The position numbers were made by a program, and so were the translations under genes. The notes beneath the pieces are model-generated. The model saw only the letters and a list, made by a program, of their open reading frames with translations. It had not been told where the DNA came from and searched no databases. A stretch of DNA of 6,656 nucleotides from assembly GCA_903916665.1 (NCBI GenBank), contig CAIWXP010000118.1, positions 1 to 6,656 of the forward strand, given 5' to 3'. This DNA comes from Candidatus Iainarchaeum sp. GTDB lineage: Archaea > Iainarchaeota > Iainarchaeia > Iainarchaeales > 0-14-0-20-30-16. This document shows, piece by piece, positions 5,524 to 6,656 of the stretch (within the stretch, counting starts at the first letter, position 1; the number at the start of each line of letters is the position of its first letter).

Positions 5524-6072
5524 CTACTTTTTACTTTCTTTTTTTTCTACTTTATGTTCTATTTTATGTTCAACAACATGTTCTTTTGGTTTATCAGTTT
5601 TTATTTCTACTTTCTGTTCTAAATTATGTTTTACAGCCTGTTGTGCTTTATGTTCAACATTAGATTTTACTGCTTTTGCAGTTTTATTTGTTGATTTTTT
5701 AACTGCAGGTTCTTTAACAGGGTATACTTTCTTTTTAACTTCGGAAACTTTACCTGAAACAAATTCTTCTTTTTTAATTTGATCTTCTTTAGTATCTAAA
5801 AATAAATATACTTTACCATTTTTTTCAACACTTGTGAAACTAACTTTGCTTGGCGCATTAACTCTACCTTTACCCCAAATAAATAAATTTATTCCTGGTG
5901 ATACAATACATTCTTTATTTCTAAAATGTTTTTTTAATTGTACTTTAAAAGCAGTCATAGCGTGTTTTGCTTTATGATTAAAATTTTTTCCTCTAATATC
6001 CAATCCAACAGTAATTTTCTTTTCTGTACTTTTTTCAACAACCTTTTTATCGGCAACTTTCTTGTCTACCAT
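5524..6072 (-). CDS. rpl31e: 50S ribosomal protein L31e (eL31) with a long Lys/Glu/His-rich C-terminal extension
   Basis: The core (aa about 20-95), ITVGLDIRGKNFNHKAKHAMTAFKVQLKKHF...INLFIWGKGRVNAPSKVSFT, matches archaeal L31e (compare Haloarcula ...NHKRADKAM...AWARGRANTPSKIRVR). The SD GGTGA lies 6 nt upstream, inside the L39e gene. The ATG overlaps the L39e TAA by 1 nt (TAATG). Confidence 0.9.
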   Translation of the reverse strand: MVDKKVADKKVVEKSTEKKITVGLDIRGKNFNHKAKHAMTAFKVQLKKHFRNKECIVSPGINLFIWGKGRVNAPSKVSFTSVEKNGKVYLFLDTKEDQIKKEEFVSGKVSEVKKKVYPVKEPAVKKSTNKTAKAVKSNVEHKAQQAVKHNLEQKVEIKTDKPKEHVVEHKIEHKVEKKESKK

Positions 6073-6275
6073 TAATTATCACCTTTGTTTTTTTCTCTTC
6101 TTTCAAACTCGTGACCAAATTCAGTTCTTTTCCAAGTTCTCTTAGATTTATCATTGTACAATCTTGTACCTGTTTTTTGCATTACCCAAACAGGCGCACT
6201 AAATAATCCCTTTGGTGTTTTTCTTCTTGCAGTTCTTAAAAATGTTTTTTTCTCTAATGTTTTATTTGAAGACAT
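6072..6275 (-). CDS. rpl39e: 50S ribosomal protein L39e (eL39)
   Basis: The 67-aa basic protein contains SAPVWVMQKTGTRLYNDKSKRTWKRTEF, matching the L39e signature (compare [26 protein letters not shown]). The SD GAGGAAGTGA lies just upstream. The protein is about 16 aa longer at the C-terminus than typical L39e. Confidence 0.85.
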   Translation of the reverse strand: MSSNKTLEKKTFLRTARRKTPKGLFSAPVWVMQKTGTRLYNDKSKRTWKRTEFGHEFERREKNKGDN

Positions 6276-6281
6276 ATAAGT

Positions 6282-6542
6282 TCACTTCCTCACTATATTA
6301 AAATCTCTTGAATTTACTGCTTGCATTAAAATTTGTTTCAATGTTGAATCATCAACTGGCAAATCAAATTTATTTTGTTGTGCAGCATTCACTAAGAAAT
6401 TTGCAACTTGCAAATATCTATCTAAATTTACTAAACGTACGTTATTTAATCGTTCTCTTGCTTGAGAATCTAAAATTTTATAAAGCATTAAATCAATTTT
6501 CTTCATTTCTTCTGTAGTCAATTGATTTTCTTGCTCACTCAT
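6282..6542 (-). CDS. PDCD5/TFAR19-like DNA-binding protein (MTH1615 family)
   Basis: The 86-aa product contains ILDSQARERLNNVRLVNLDRYLQVANFLVNAAQQNKF...VDDSTLKQILMQAV...RDFNIVRK. This parallels the archaeal family pattern ILTPEARsRLanlrL..p......E..Li.lAq.g.....itdeqLkelL......r..kI.rk. The position between S19e and L39e is the conserved context. Confidence 0.8.
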   Translation of the reverse strand: MSEQENQLTTEEMKKIDLMLYKILDSQARERLNNVRLVNLDRYLQVANFLVNAAQQNKFDLPVDDSTLKQILMQAVNSRDFNIVRK

Positions 6543-6656
6543 AGTTTCACTTTTTCTTGTGCAACTATTTTTGCAAATTTATCTAAATATGTTCTTCCTT
6601 TAGGAGTTATTTTTCGTCCTTTGTCTGCTTTTACTATAAATCCTTCTTTTTCTAAT
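6539..6656 (-). CDS. rps19e: 30S ribosomal protein S19e (eS19), C-terminal 38 codons only; the N-terminus lies beyond the right window edge
   Basis: Hand translation of the minus strand from 6655 gives LEKEGFIVKADKGRKITPKGRTYLDKFAKIVAQEKVKL*. This matches the S19e C-terminus pattern (LEkaGlvek...GR.iTpkGrslLD..A). Its TGA overlaps the ATG of the next gene (ATGA, 6539-6542). It is not in the ORF track because it is truncated by the window. Confidence 0.75.
   Translation of the reverse strand, partial: LEKEGFIVKADKGRKITPKGRTYLDKFAKIVAQEKVKL

Noticed and set aside
6308-6517. 69-aa plus-strand ORF inside the PDCD5-like gene
   Set aside because: It is an antisense shadow ORF, and the minus-strand product has a clear family match and conserved context.
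1-6656. Scan for tRNA/rRNA/SRP RNA genes, CRISPR arrays, IS elements or terminal inverted repeats
   Set aside because: There are no GC-rich structured segments, no regularly spaced direct repeats, and no transposase or integrase-like ORFs. Apart from two short intergenic regions (935-1059 and 2170-2206), essentially all sequence is accounted for by the listed CDSs.

Overview
This is a very AT-rich archaeal window. The domain assignment rests on genes for L39e, L31e, S19e, aIF6 and prefoldin alpha; a reduced-genome DPANN-like lineage is only my inference from composition and the Lys/Glu-rich protein extensions. On the minus strand, 2207-6656 carries the conserved archaeal translation and protein-biogenesis gene string: S19e (partial, runs off the right edge), PDCD5/TFAR19-like DNA-binding protein, L39e, L31e, aIF6, prefoldin alpha and FtsY. 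These genes are packed with 1-4 nt stop/start overlaps or spacers of 22 nt or less, and have GGTG-type Shine-Dalgarno motifs, so they probably form one operon. The left third holds a membrane-anchored LivJ-type (type I periplasmic-binding-protein fold) solute-binding protein on the plus strand, convergent with ftsY. Divergent from it is a tandemly duplicated Lrp/AsnC-type regulator on the minus strand (1-934). That ORF is open to the left edge and is missing from the supplied ORF track; I translated it by hand, as I did the S19e fragment. The most unusual feature is the FtsY gene. Between its N-terminal amphipathic helix and its NG GTPase core sits a histidine-phosphatase (phosphoglycerate-mutase-like) domain of about 180 aa, with AHG in place of the catalytic RHG motif. 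This domain is bracketed by two diverged direct copies of a 26-codon linker segment. I see no rRNA, tRNA, CRISPR array or mobile element.
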